Below are positions 9,518-18,781 of a stretch of 52,927 nucleotides of DNA, in pieces. The DNA lies in contig JBAXRT010000003.1 in assembly GCA_037131065.1 (NCBI GenBank), forward strand, positions 1 to 52,927, given 5' to 3'. Under the pieces are notes generated by a model. It was not told the origin of the DNA, did no database searches, and worked only from the letters and a program-made list of their open reading frames with translations. This DNA comes from a bacterium. GTDB taxonomy: Bacteria > Bacteroidota > Bacteroidia > Bacteroidales > FEN-979. The position numbers and the translations under genes were made by a program. How positions within the stretch are numbered: position 1 is the stretch's first letter; the number at the start of each line of letters is the position of its first letter.

Positions 9518-11191
9518 TCAGGTCCTGACCCCGCCTCCGCAGTAAGGGCAGGTGCCATCCCTTCCGGGACTTGAGGTAAAAGTACGATAACAATGCGGGC
9601 ATTTATACTCACTGGATGATCCTGCAGCCGAAAGGAAGAAAAGAACCAGCATCACGATAGCAATGATAACCAGGAGTACCGACAGGTAGAATGTCACATG
9701 AATGGCCATGAAGATCAGCAACGTAAGGATCAACACCCTGATGATCGCCAGCCAGAGTCCGACCAGGACCACGCTCTCGATGATCATTACAAGGTACATC
9801 ACCATCATTGTCATGAACGAGATATAAAGGAACCAGTGGATCGGCCTGGTGAACCCCGAAGGGATCAGGCGGAAACCGGCATTCACATACCACTCCATTT
9901 CGTATCCGTCCCAGAACATGGCGATCACCATAACCAAAGCCAGAATGGCCCCGATCAGCAGTGGCCACCAGCGAAGCCGCTTCAGGGGAAAGACCCTCTT
10001 CAGGAAATTCGTACCGGATCCGCCGCCGGTTTTCGATCCTCCTTCGGCCAGCGGATCACGCCTGCCGATCCTGTTGATCAGCTCGTCGATTTTATCATAT
10101 TTTTTGATCAGAAAGTACAGGATGACCGCAAAAACAATGGCAATGATCCACGACCGAAGAAGAGTAAAATTAAAAATGCTTCTGAAGATGACCATGAACT
10201 GATGGGCAAAGTAGGAGCTCCCTTTCAGGTAAGCATCTTCATTGATCGAACTGATGGTGGCATAACCCTCTTTACCCCCCGTGCCTGTTACCAGGGCCGA
10301 TTTCTTTTCGATCCTGACAACCCGGAAAGTATCATCCTTCTGCAGGATGGAGGTCACATTGTAACTGCCTGCCGAATCGTGCAGCGAAAATTTGTCGGAG
10401 GCGACAATGTAGGTGGTGTTGGGCACCACCTTGCTGAGTGACTCCTTCTCCCTCTTCCCCCGGTAATCTTCCCGCTTTTCAATAGGATAGGATGAGGTGT
10501 CTTTCTCAATTGTATTTCCGTAAAGAACCGACAACTCTTTCAGATCCAGGATCCTGGAATAGACCCGTAATTCATCGATCAGGCCGTCGAACGGACCGAT
10601 GCGGATCTTATCCATGCCAGTTTGCATACCGGCAGCGCTGGCATAAACCTGGTCGTTGACGATCATCCGCATTGCCTGGTTGTCGCGGTCATATATAAGA
10701 GCAATGAAGGTCCACGAACCTGCAATCACCTCGGGACCATCCAGGCTCCCGTCCTTGCCACAGCAGGCGATCCACCGGTAAAAATCCCCGGAGCGGTTTG
10801 TAAACACTCCCCGGTAATTATCATTCTGGTTGTATTCGTTATCATAAAGTGTCAGGACCCATGATTTCTGGCTGATCTTATTCATCCTGATCCAGAAGGT
10901 CAGGGTGAGCTGTGGCAACTTATCGGGGTTGATATTGACAGGAAGATAGAGGCAGCTTTCTTTCCCCTTTTTGATGTCCAGGGTCAGGGAACAGGCCTTC
11001 CCCTGCTCCCCGAAACGGTTTTCCGCCGGCGTTACACTCTTGAGTTTACCAGGTTCGTACTTGCCCTCTGCCTCGCGGGCATTCCCGTCGAGGTTGAAAA
11101 GCCCTTCCAGTCCGCCGGCCGTTGCTGCCTGCTGGGCAGACAACGACAGCCGGAAGAGAAAAAAGAGCAGGATGACAAACGTTCTTCTCAT
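9518..11191 (-). CDS. Membrane protein: LamG/ConA-like domain + SH3-like segment + multiple TM helices + C-terminal Zn ribbon
   Basis: Signal peptide; FNLDGNA, LTLTFWIR, WTFIALIYD, FDGLIDELRVYSRIL; about 5 hydrophobic segments; CPHC..CPYC. Confidence 0.75.
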   Translation of the reverse strand: MRRTFVILLFFLFRLSLSAQQAATAGGLEGLFNLDGNAREAEGKYEPGKLKSVTPAENRFGEQGKACSLTLDIKKGKESCLYLPVNINPDKLPQLTLTFWIRMNKISQKSWVLTLYDNEYNQNDNYRGVFTNRSGDFYRWIACCGKDGSLDGPEVIAGSWTFIALIYDRDNQAMRMIVNDQVYASAAGMQTGMDKIRIGPFDGLIDELRVYSRILDLKELSVLYGNTIEKDTSSYPIEKREDYRGKREKESLSKVVPNTTYIVASDKFSLHDSAGSYNVTSILQKDDTFRVVRIEKKSALVTGTGGKEGYATISSINEDAYLKGSSYFAHQFMVIFRSIFNFTLLRSWIIAIVFAVILYFLIKKYDKIDELINRIGRRDPLAEGGSKTGGGSGTNFLKRVFPLKRLRWWPLLIGAILALVMVIAMFWDGYEMEWYVNAGFRLIPSGFTRPIHWFLYISFMTMMVMYLVMIIESVVLVGLWLAIIRVLILTLLIFMAIHVTFYLSVLLVIIAIVMLVLFFLSAAGSSSEYKCPHCYRTFTSSPGRDGTCPYCGGGVRT

Positions 11192-11197
11192 GGCATA

Positions 11198-12214
11198 TTA
11201 TACATAAACTACGTAGTTCCTGATGAAATTGAGACCGGCAAAGATGATGGTCATGAAGCCGAGTACAAGGATCATCATGAAGGTAAGGACCACCATTACA
11301 AAAAAGAGTGGATTCATCTCTTCACTTTTGGTCTTGCGCCCGTCACTCCACTTGGTGACCCAGGTCTCTGTAGCCGGGGTGGCAAGAAAGATCCCCAGGA
11401 TCGTTCCGATCAGCACATTGTGGATATTCTTTCCCCTGAACCAGCGGGCACGTTTATCCTGCAGGAAGGCCGGGGTCAGACTGGCCATATAATAAAGGAT
11501 GATACTGACCGGCATCCACCAGAAACCTTTCAGGAAATGCCAGAAACCCTCTGTTGAGGATTTCGTCATGAAATACATGATCAGGGTTGCCACAACGGCT
11601 ACGCCGATCAGTTTCCATGAACCGGCAAAGCTTCTCTTCTCCTGGAGATTGATCACATTACCCAACTCATTGAGCCGGTCAACAACCACCTGGTCCGTTG
11701 GCATGAGGGCTACCGCACTTGCATGGAGGTCCCTCGATTTCTTGATCTGGGCCATGGTAGTAGGGCTACGCATCTCCTCTTCTTCAGGGCCGGATACGAT
11801 CTTCCAGGAGTAAAAGGCATCTTCCAGGTAAGCGAACGCCTGCTTATTTTCCTCCTCCGAAGCCTCCTCCGATTTATTGGCCGCTTTTCTCATGCTTTTA
11901 AAAGCAGCCTGAGTGACAGCCTCGATCTTCTTTGTCTTGACCAGGGTGATGATCATCCATACGACCATATAGGTGAAGAAAGCCAGGATCAGGATCCCGA
12001 TGATCAATCCCTTCCAGTTGAAGGGCTTATCTTTTTTTTCTGATGATGTGGCATTTGAATCAGCAGGGGCGACCTCTGTGCCCGACTGCAATGCGGCACC
12101 TGCCGAGACCGTTGCGATCGCTTTGGCGGAGGTTCCCGCCTTGACACTTGCATTATTCAACCCGGAAAGGATGAAGAGTGAAATCAGGAGAACAGAAAGG
12201 ATTACTTTTTTCAT
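11198..12214 (-). CDS. Hypothetical multi-pass membrane protein
   Basis: 338 aa ORF with signal peptide and several TM segments; 6 nt from the next gene. Confidence 0.75.
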   Translation of the reverse strand: MKKVILSVLLISLFILSGLNNASVKAGTSAKAIATVSAGAALQSGTEVAPADSNATSSEKKDKPFNWKGLIIGILILAFFTYMVVWMIITLVKTKKIEAVTQAAFKSMRKAANKSEEASEEENKQAFAYLEDAFYSWKIVSGPEEEEMRSPTTMAQIKKSRDLHASAVALMPTDQVVVDRLNELGNVINLQEKRSFAGSWKLIGVAVVATLIMYFMTKSSTEGFWHFLKGFWWMPVSIILYYMASLTPAFLQDKRARWFRGKNIHNVLIGTILGIFLATPATETWVTKWSDGRKTKSEEMNPLFFVMVVLTFMMILVLGFMTIIFAGLNFIRNYVVYV

Positions 12215-12290
12215 AGTGATTGGTTTTTTTTTGGTTGTTTTTTTAACCGGCTTTTCGTACAGGATGATCGGCCGGAATTTTTTAGGTGAG

Positions 12291-12323
12291 CAAATATATC
12301 TGCAGGATCATGAAGGAAACAAA
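12291..12323 (-). promoter_or_regulatory. Bacteroidetes primary-sigma promoter TTTG-N21-TATATTTG
   Basis: Plus strand caaatata 12291-12298 and caaa 12320-12323. Confidence 0.65.
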
Positions 12324-12398
12324 CTTTACCGGGATGGATTTATAAATCCATTCAGATATTATTTTTTCTTGTGAAGGTATGTGTTTACATTTGAAACA

Positions 12399-13055
12399 AT
12401 GAAAAGAATAAACAGTTTTTCGTCTGCCCTGAAAGTGATCCTCCCAATGGTCGTCGCTGCACCTCTCCTGATCATGCTGGCTGGCTATCTCCTTTTCAGT
12501 TATAACAGCGGGCCGGACCTTAAAACCCTGGATTCGGTAACTCTGCAGGATGGCGACCTGGTGTTCCGGAGGGGAATAAGCATTGAAAGCTATGCAGTGG
12601 TGATGGCTGCCTCAGGCAATATATACTCCCACATCGGGTTGATTGTTATTGAAAAAGGGATCCCCTTTGTAATTCATGTCGAACCGGGAGAAATTTCGGG
12701 AAGGGACAAGCCCGTACAGAAAGAACCGCTTAATTCCTTCCTCGGACCCGGTAAGGCCAGCCACTTTGCTATTTATCGTTCACATCTTGACCCGAAAGAT
12801 CTCAAAAAAGTAATTTCCCGGGCCCGTGAATTCTACCTTCGTAAATGTCGTTTCGACAATGCTTATAACCTGCAGGACGACCAGTTCTTGTATTGCACCG
12901 AGCTCGTGCTGAAAGCATACAGCAAAGGGGATCAGCAGATAAGCAGGCTCCTGATGAACCTTGAAAACATCAACATCCTGGTATACAGCCATAAGCTTCT
13001 GATGCCAGGGGCATTTACCCAAAGCAATTTTTTTTATAGAATATGCAATCAGTAA
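12399..13055 (+). CDS. Permuted papain-like amidase (YiiX/YebB, NlpC/P60 superfamily)
   Basis: LQDGDLVFRRG, YSHIGL (His), YCTELV (Cys after His); N-terminal TM; ATG 12399 follows TACATTTG 12386-12393. Confidence 0.87.
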   Translation: MKRINSFSSALKVILPMVVAAPLLIMLAGYLLFSYNSGPDLKTLDSVTLQDGDLVFRRGISIESYAVVMAASGNIYSHIGLIVIEKGIPFVIHVEPGEISGRDKPVQKEPLNSFLGPGKASHFAIYRSHLDPKDLKKVISRAREFYLRKCRFDNAYNLQDDQFLYCTELVLKAYSKGDQQISRLLMNLENINILVYSHKLLMPGAFTQSNFFYRICNQ

Positions 13056-13081
13056 ATCATTAATCATCAAAAAAAATCATT

Positions 13082-13504
13082 ATGAAAAAGATCAGTTTAT
13101 GTTACCTGGCAGCAGGACTCCTGCTGGCAGCTCTTATCACCTCCTGCGGTGGAAGCGGCACCAGCATCATCAGTAAAACCCCTTCCGATGTGATTAAAGC
13201 CTCCATCGATGATCTCAACAACCAGAAATTTTCCAACTTTATTACCTACTATGTGAGGAAAGACAGTGTGGTTTTTACCAAACAGGACACCGCCAAGATG
13301 TCAGGTCTGTGCACCCTTGCCTACGAAGAGGCCAAAAAGAAACAGGGTATTAAAGAGGTCCAGATCATTGAAGAGAAGATCGCACCCGACGGAAATAGTG
13401 CCAATGTGAAATATAAAATAGTGTTCAAGGACGGGAGTGAAAACAATTCCGATGAAACACTCCGTAAGGTAAATGGCAACTGGCTTATCGTTATAGGTGG
13501 TTGA
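13082..13504 (+). CDS. DUF4878-like (NTF2-like) lipoprotein
   Basis: Lipobox ITSC; TPSDV, A.VKYKIVFKDGSE, LRKVNGNW. Confidence 0.8.
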   Translation: MKKISLCYLAAGLLLAALITSCGGSGTSIISKTPSDVIKASIDDLNNQKFSNFITYYVRKDSVVFTKQDTAKMSGLCTLAYEEAKKKQGIKEVQIIEEKIAPDGNSANVKYKIVFKDGSENNSDETLRKVNGNWLIVIGG

Positions 13505-13513
13505 TCTTCAGAA

Positions 13514-15439
13514 TTAAACCCTTGCCTTTCCCTTTTTTTCTCCAAAATCTGTCGGAGTAAGACCGGTGATACTTTTAAAGACCTGGTTGAAAGTGGATTT
13601 GGACCGAAACCCGGCATTCTTTGCAATACCCTCCATGGAGAAGTTTTTGAAATGATCGTCGAGGATCATTTTCTTAGCCTCTTCAATGCGGTATTTGTTA
13701 AGAAATGAAGAGAAATTGACATTGTAATGCTCATTAATGAGCCTTGAAAGATAGGATGTATTCGTCCCAAGCTTACGGGCGGTTTCAGCCAGGGTAAGGT
13801 TTTCATTCAGAAATATCTTGTCCCTGGAAAGGAGGCTTTCCAGTTGCTGTATAAGTTCTGTCTTGAATTCTTTTGCCGGGGGGGGATTACTGGTAAAGGG
13901 TTTTAATTCAGGCGGAAGAACCTTCTTCAGCGCTTTCAATTTGCGGTTATCCCCCTCTTTCTCAAGCGATATTTTTGCCTGAATAAAATCAAGGGTCTTC
14001 ACCTTTGGCTGAAGATGCCTGCGATAATAGATCCAGATGATGATCCCGGCTGTCAGGACAAGGACAATGATAACATGGATAAACCCGACTGCCCGGCTGG
14101 TCCTCTCCTCCTGCCTTTTCTTATCTGATCCAAGAGCAGAGATTTGTTCATCCTTTTTCCGGGTCTCATACTTTATCATCATGTTGACAACATCCTGGTG
14201 TGCCTTTTCGGTGAATATACTGTCTTTAATCTCGTTCCGTTTTTTCAGATAATTAAGCGCCTTTTCAATGTTCCCGCTGGCATTGTAGCATTCCGAAAGA
14301 AGATTATAGGCCTTCTCCCACTGGGCCCGGTAGTTGACGATCTTTGAATAGAAAAGACCTTTGTTCAGGAATTCGATGGCCAGGGGATATTTCTTCAACC
14401 TAGTATTGAGTTCTCCAAGCGAAAGATAGGTACAGGCCATTGGCAGAAAATCCTTGCTGCTGTCGCAGAAGGAGAGGGAACGAGAGTAATAGAATTGTGC
14501 TGAATCATATCTGTTCAGACCCATCCATGCATCACCAATGTTGGTAAGTATGAAACTGTGTCCCGAGCGGACTGTGATGGTGTCGAGCAGGCTGAGTGCA
14601 AGGGCCTTCCTGAAATAAACCATTGCTTTCTGATAATCCTTGTTTCCAAAATACATTTGCCCTAGGGCATTGTAGACATAACTCTCCCCCTTACTGAAAT
14701 TCGACATCCTGAAATATTCCAGGGCACGGTCATAATACCTCATCCCGTCCTCTTTTGTGGTCGATTGCATGTAGGTCCCGGCAAGATTGCAGGCCAGGTA
14801 ACCTGCATCGACCAGCTTCCCCTGCTCTTCCTTTATTTTCAATGCTTTCAGGAGGTAATAGGTCGACAAATCAATGATCCCTGCATCACTGTAAAGAATA
14901 CCGAGACTATAGCAGGTGCCGGCATAATGTCCATTGCTGGTCGAATCCAGGGATATTGATTTATTAAGGTATTCAAGGGCTTTTATCTTATCTCCCCTGA
15001 GGCGGTAGAGATCTCCAAGGTCGCCGTATCCTCTTGCCAGGAGCAGAGTTGAACCGATCAGCTTGCTGAGATCAAATCCGACCTGGTAACAATACAACGC
15101 CGAGTCGGATAATTCCCTGCACTGGAAATAAAAACCGAGTGAATAAAATGCCGAGGCCTCGGCCTCTTTATCACCCAGTTTCTGTGCCAGCCGGATGGTC
15201 TGTAATACATAGGGATGACCGGCAACAGGATAAAAACTGTAATATTCTGTATAGATTTTTTGAAGCGTTTTAAGCTTTACCCGCTCATCAGGTGATCGAA
15301 GCCCTGAAAACAACTTGACCGAATCAGGCCGTGCCGCATAGGAGCATGCAACCGGAAAAATGAAAAAAAGAATGAGAGTAAGTTGTGAAAGTAGCCTGAG
15401 CAGAAAAGAGTTCCCTGGGCAGAGGGTAGAGTAAAACAT
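13514..15439 (-). CDS. Membrane-spanning TPR-AraC transcriptional regulator
   Basis: TPR repeats, one TM, C-terminal AraC HTH (LSRLIN..FSSFLNKYRIEEAK..AGFRSKSTFNQVFK); start is ATG 15439 or TTG 15469. Confidence 0.88.
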   Translation of the reverse strand: MFYSTLCPGNSFLLRLLSQLTLILFFIFPVACSYAARPDSVKLFSGLRSPDERVKLKTLQKIYTEYYSFYPVAGHPYVLQTIRLAQKLGDKEAEASAFYSLGFYFQCRELSDSALYCYQVGFDLSKLIGSTLLLARGYGDLGDLYRLRGDKIKALEYLNKSISLDSTSNGHYAGTCYSLGILYSDAGIIDLSTYYLLKALKIKEEQGKLVDAGYLACNLAGTYMQSTTKEDGMRYYDRALEYFRMSNFSKGESYVYNALGQMYFGNKDYQKAMVYFRKALALSLLDTITVRSGHSFILTNIGDAWMGLNRYDSAQFYYSRSLSFCDSSKDFLPMACTYLSLGELNTRLKKYPLAIEFLNKGLFYSKIVNYRAQWEKAYNLLSECYNASGNIEKALNYLKKRNEIKDSIFTEKAHQDVVNMMIKYETRKKDEQISALGSDKKRQEERTSRAVGFIHVIIVLVLTAGIIIWIYYRRHLQPKVKTLDFIQAKISLEKEGDNRKLKALKKVLPPELKPFTSNPPPAKEFKTELIQQLESLLSRDKIFLNENLTLAETARKLGTNTSYLSRLINEHYNVNFSSFLNKYRIEEAKKMILDDHFKNFSMEGIAKNAGFRSKSTFNQVFKSITGLTPTDFGEKKGKARV

Positions 15440-15475
15440 CGAAAAAATCCTCAGAGTAAAAATAGTCAATTGCTA

Positions 15476-15483
15476 CAAATATA
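15476..15483 (-). promoter_or_regulatory. Bacteroidetes -7 promoter element
   Basis: TATATTTG on the minus strand; TTTG at 15502-15505 (18 nt spacer). Confidence 0.5.
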
Positions 15484-15784
15484 AAAAATTTCAGGAATCA
15501 TCAAATAAATGCCGCTTATGACGATGGTCTGCGAACTCCATTACCCACATAACAGTTTAGGTCAATGCTAAATTAATACAAGTGCGTCCCAGCAGTCTTT
15601 CTGTCTGGTTAGCGAGCAAACTATTTAATTCCTTGTGATCGAAGAATCTTCGTGGCTTATCCAGAGATTCTTCAATTTTATTATTTTGGTACATTTATGG
15701 CGGGACTGGTTGGGTCATAAATGATGATGCCCCGGTGCAGGTTTTTCCCGTTGAATGGCATCCAACCTTTAAAGCAAATTCCTT

Positions 15785-16360
15785 TTGAACGATCCGGTAT
15801 TCATCGAACAACTGAGACAGGGTAACAGGGAAGCCTTTAAAATCCTGGTGGAATCCTGCGGAGACCGGGTATTTAACACCGCGCTTGGAATCCTTCAGAA
15901 TGACGACGACGCCCGCGATATTTCCCAGGAGGTCTTCATCGGAATATTTCAGTCGGTGGGAGGGTTCAAGGGAGATTCAAGTCTGACAACATGGATCTAC
16001 CGCATCACTGTTCAGAAATCGCTAGAACATATCCGCACCCGCGCCCGGAAAAAACGGTCCGGGATCATCCTCAGCCTTTTCGGAAGAGAAAACCAGATTA
16101 CCGCCCCGGCCACCCCCTTCTTTCACCCCGGTGTTCTTCTTGAAAACAAAGAGCGGGCCGCGATCCTCTTTGAAGCCATCAGCAGGCTTCCCGAATCGCA
16201 ACGCGTGGCATTTACGCTCCATAAAGTGGAGATCCTCAGCCATGCCGAGATTGCAGAGGTGATGAATAGCACCCTGCCGGCGGTAGAGTCGTTGATCGTC
16301 CGGGCCAAACAAAAGCTTAGGGAGTCTTTATCGGATTACTATGAAAAAAATGAAAAATAA
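15785..16360 (+). CDS. ECF RNA polymerase sigma factor
   Basis: Region 2 DARDISQEVF..FKGDSSLTTWIYRI; region 4 LPESQRVAFTL..AEIAEVM..VESLIVRAKQKL; TTG start. Confidence 0.92.
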   Translation: MNDPVFIEQLRQGNREAFKILVESCGDRVFNTALGILQNDDDARDISQEVFIGIFQSVGGFKGDSSLTTWIYRITVQKSLEHIRTRARKKRSGIILSLFGRENQITAPATPFFHPGVLLENKERAAILFEAISRLPESQRVAFTLHKVEILSHAEIAEVMNSTLPAVESLIVRAKQKLRESLSDYYEKNEK

Positions 16361-16395
16361 CAAAGGATTTACCAGTGAATGACATCTTAATAGAC

Positions 16396-16692
16396 ATGGA
16401 AGCAAAGGAACAATGGATCAATGAGACGATGGAGAGCCTCAATGGCCTTAACAGGGCCAGGGCGGATCAATCACTTCTTCATGACCTGCTTGGTCGCATT
16501 GACCGTAATGAGAGGAAAACAGTTACATTACGTACCGGCACCCTTATGCGCATCGCTGCCGGTATCGTCATCCTGGTAGCCCTGAACATCATCTCCATCC
16601 TCTTTTATGATCACCTGAACAGCAGTGAGCAAACCAACAGGAAATTGGTCGCCACCGAATATTTTTCATACCTCGATACCATTAAATACTGA
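16396..16692 (+). CDS. Putative single-TM anti-sigma factor
   Basis: Small ORF directly after the ECF gene with TM RIAAGIVILVALNIISILF. Confidence 0.65.
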   Translation: MEAKEQWINETMESLNGLNRARADQSLLHDLLGRIDRNERKTVTLRTGTLMRIAAGIVILVALNIISILFYDHLNSSEQTNRKLVATEYFSYLDTIKY

Positions 16693-16696
16693 AAAG

Positions 16697-17221
16697 ATGA
16701 AAACCCGGAACCTGCTCATCGCCATCATTGTTCTCCTACTCTTGGTGAACATCGGCACGCTCACTTTCATCTGGATCAACCGGCCCGGACAGGAACGCGA
16801 ACGCACCGGCGCTTCGGAGTTCCTGGCCAGGGAACTCAGACTCAACCACAAACAGCAGCTCCTCCACAATGCTATGCTGCTCAACCACCGGAACGCAATG
16901 AAAAAACTCCAGGACAAAGATCAGAATCTGCACACCCGGTTCTTTGATCTCCTGAAAACAAATCCCTCCGACACCCTGCGCGGGAGGCAAATGGCCGATT
17001 CTATTGCCAAGCTCCGTGTTTTGATGGAGATCAGCACTTTCAGATATTTCGACCAGGTGAGGAGGATCCTTGACCAGCCACAACAGGAGAGATTCGACTC
17101 CATTTTCCAGGAATTGGTCCGGATGGTGCTGCCGGTGCCACCCCCTCCGCCACCACCGCCCCCTCCTCCTGCGGCTGACCTTCCTCCTCCACCTCCACCA
17201 CCGCCTGATGCGGGTAAATAA
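16697..17221 (+). CDS. Spy/CpxP-like periplasmic sensor with N-terminal TM and poly-Pro tail
   Basis: LVNIGTL TM; FLARELRL..Q, VRRILDQPQQERF; C-terminal Pro runs. Confidence 0.75.
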   Translation: MKTRNLLIAIIVLLLLVNIGTLTFIWINRPGQERERTGASEFLARELRLNHKQQLLHNAMLLNHRNAMKKLQDKDQNLHTRFFDLLKTNPSDTLRGRQMADSIAKLRVLMEISTFRYFDQVRRILDQPQQERFDSIFQELVRMVLPVPPPPPPPPPPPAADLPPPPPPPPDAGK

Positions 17222-17263
17222 TGACAGAAAAGACGTTTATGAATGTAATCAATCTTTAAATCA

Positions 17264-17818
17264 ATGTATATGAAAACAAATAACAGAAACCTGAAAATCA
17301 CCCTCTTGCTTGTTTTCCTTGGCCTTACCTCAACAGCCATCATTGCCCAGACCTCCGACAACAGCCCGAAAGTCTCTAAAACAACCGGCCTTCAAAGTCA
17401 GAACGATTTTGACCAGCCACCTCCTCCGCCACCACCACCTCCCGTTCCACCTGTTCCGGGTTGCGACCAGCCGGATATGCCACCCCTCTTTCCCGACATT
17501 CCCGGTCTGACCGAAGCCCAGATTGACCAGATGAAGAGATCCGGCCTGAAGAACATGGAGGCAATGACCCCACTTCGCAATCAGGTGCAAGAGAAAACGG
17601 CAAGGATCCGTACTATCCTTACAACCATGCCCTTTAACCAGAAAGAGGCCGACCAGGCAGCCGATGAGATTGGCAGGCTCAATGCCTCAATGCTTAAACA
17701 ATCGATCAGACATGACCAGGAGTTACGGGCCATCCTTACCCCAGATCAGCAGATCCTCTTTGATTCCCGCCCGAAACCCTTTTTGAACAGGGAAAAAATA
17801 GAACGACATCCCAGGTAA
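17264..17818 (+). CDS. Spy/CpxP family periplasmic protein with poly-Pro linker
   Basis: Signal peptide; LTxxQ motifs (GLTEAQ, ILTPDQ); PPPPPPPPPVPPVP. Confidence 0.8.
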   Translation: MYMKTNNRNLKITLLLVFLGLTSTAIIAQTSDNSPKVSKTTGLQSQNDFDQPPPPPPPPPVPPVPGCDQPDMPPLFPDIPGLTEAQIDQMKRSGLKNMEAMTPLRNQVQEKTARIRTILTTMPFNQKEADQAADEIGRLNASMLKQSIRHDQELRAILTPDQQILFDSRPKPFLNREKIERHPR

Positions 17819-17824
17819 GTTCTC

Positions 17825-18781
17825 ATGACTGTCATCTCGGGACCCCTTTTCACCATGAAACTAGCCCTCTCTATCCTGGGTATTGCCATCATCTGCACCA
17901 CCGCCCCAATCATGATCCACGGCCAGGTTAACCCGATGAGCATCTCCGGGGTGGATTCGCTGAAGATTCACCAGGTGACCGGCAGTCTCTTTTTAGGTTT
18001 CGACTTCACCAAGGATGCCACTGAATACCTTTATCTGTCGTTTTCCGGATCCGGGCTGTATGTCGATAGAAGGAATACCTATGGTGTTTCGTCCGTGGTA
18101 TACCTGAGGGGACTTCAGGAGCGCTCGACGAGCAACAGCGGATATGTCATCGCACAGGCCGACCTCTGGCGGCATAACTTTGAAGGGAAGATATGTAAGA
18201 CCAACAGGATTCATGCGGAACCTTTCGCCATGCTCCAGTTTGATGAAAACCGGGGAATCAATGCACGCTGGCAGTTGGGGGCCTATGCCGTGCCTGCAAT
18301 CTTTTCGAAATCAAACGTCCACATTTCGGCCGGGGTTGGCATGTTGTGGCAGTTCGACCGGTACGACCTGCTACCACCCGACTACGTGGATTACTGGGAC
18401 AAGGAAGAGATGGAAAGGATCTACAAAGCCATCCATGAGCTCGACCCCGACACAACCTGGTTTATGAAACGAAACGGACCCAGGGTCGCACTCTTCCTGA
18501 GCCTTATCAGTTCACTGGGTAAGCTGGTTGACTGGAATATTTACGTCTCCCTGCAACAACCCTTTACCTCTGTTTTTAAAGGAACCCCACTTTATGATGT
18601 CTCTGCCGATTACCAGAAACCGTATCCCTGCATCACCATCGAATCCACCATTAAGTTCAAAATCCTGAAGTGGCTCTCGATCAATCTGAGGTACTACATG
18701 CAGCACGACCGGAACCAACTTACCTATTACCTGCCTTTTTACACTTATTCGATCACGACCGGGGTCAACTTCGGGCTATGA
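17825..18781 (+). CDS. Hypothetical outer-membrane beta-barrel protein (DUF481-like)
   Basis: Signal-like N-terminus, amphipathic strands, QFDENRGINARWQLG, C-terminal GVNFGL. Confidence 0.6.
   Translation: MTVISGPLFTMKLALSILGIAIICTTAPIMIHGQVNPMSISGVDSLKIHQVTGSLFLGFDFTKDATEYLYLSFSGSGLYVDRRNTYGVSSVVYLRGLQERSTSNSGYVIAQADLWRHNFEGKICKTNRIHAEPFAMLQFDENRGINARWQLGAYAVPAIFSKSNVHISAGVGMLWQFDRYDLLPPDYVDYWDKEEMERIYKAIHELDPDTTWFMKRNGPRVALFLSLISSLGKLVDWNIYVSLQQPFTSVFKGTPLYDVSADYQKPYPCITIESTIKFKILKWLSINLRYYMQHDRNQLTYYLPFYTYSITTGVNFGL

Noticed and set aside
15641-15673. 9-bp inverted repeat GAAGAATCT-N15-AGATTCTTC
   Set aside because: Single occurrence; cannot tell operator, hairpin or chance apart
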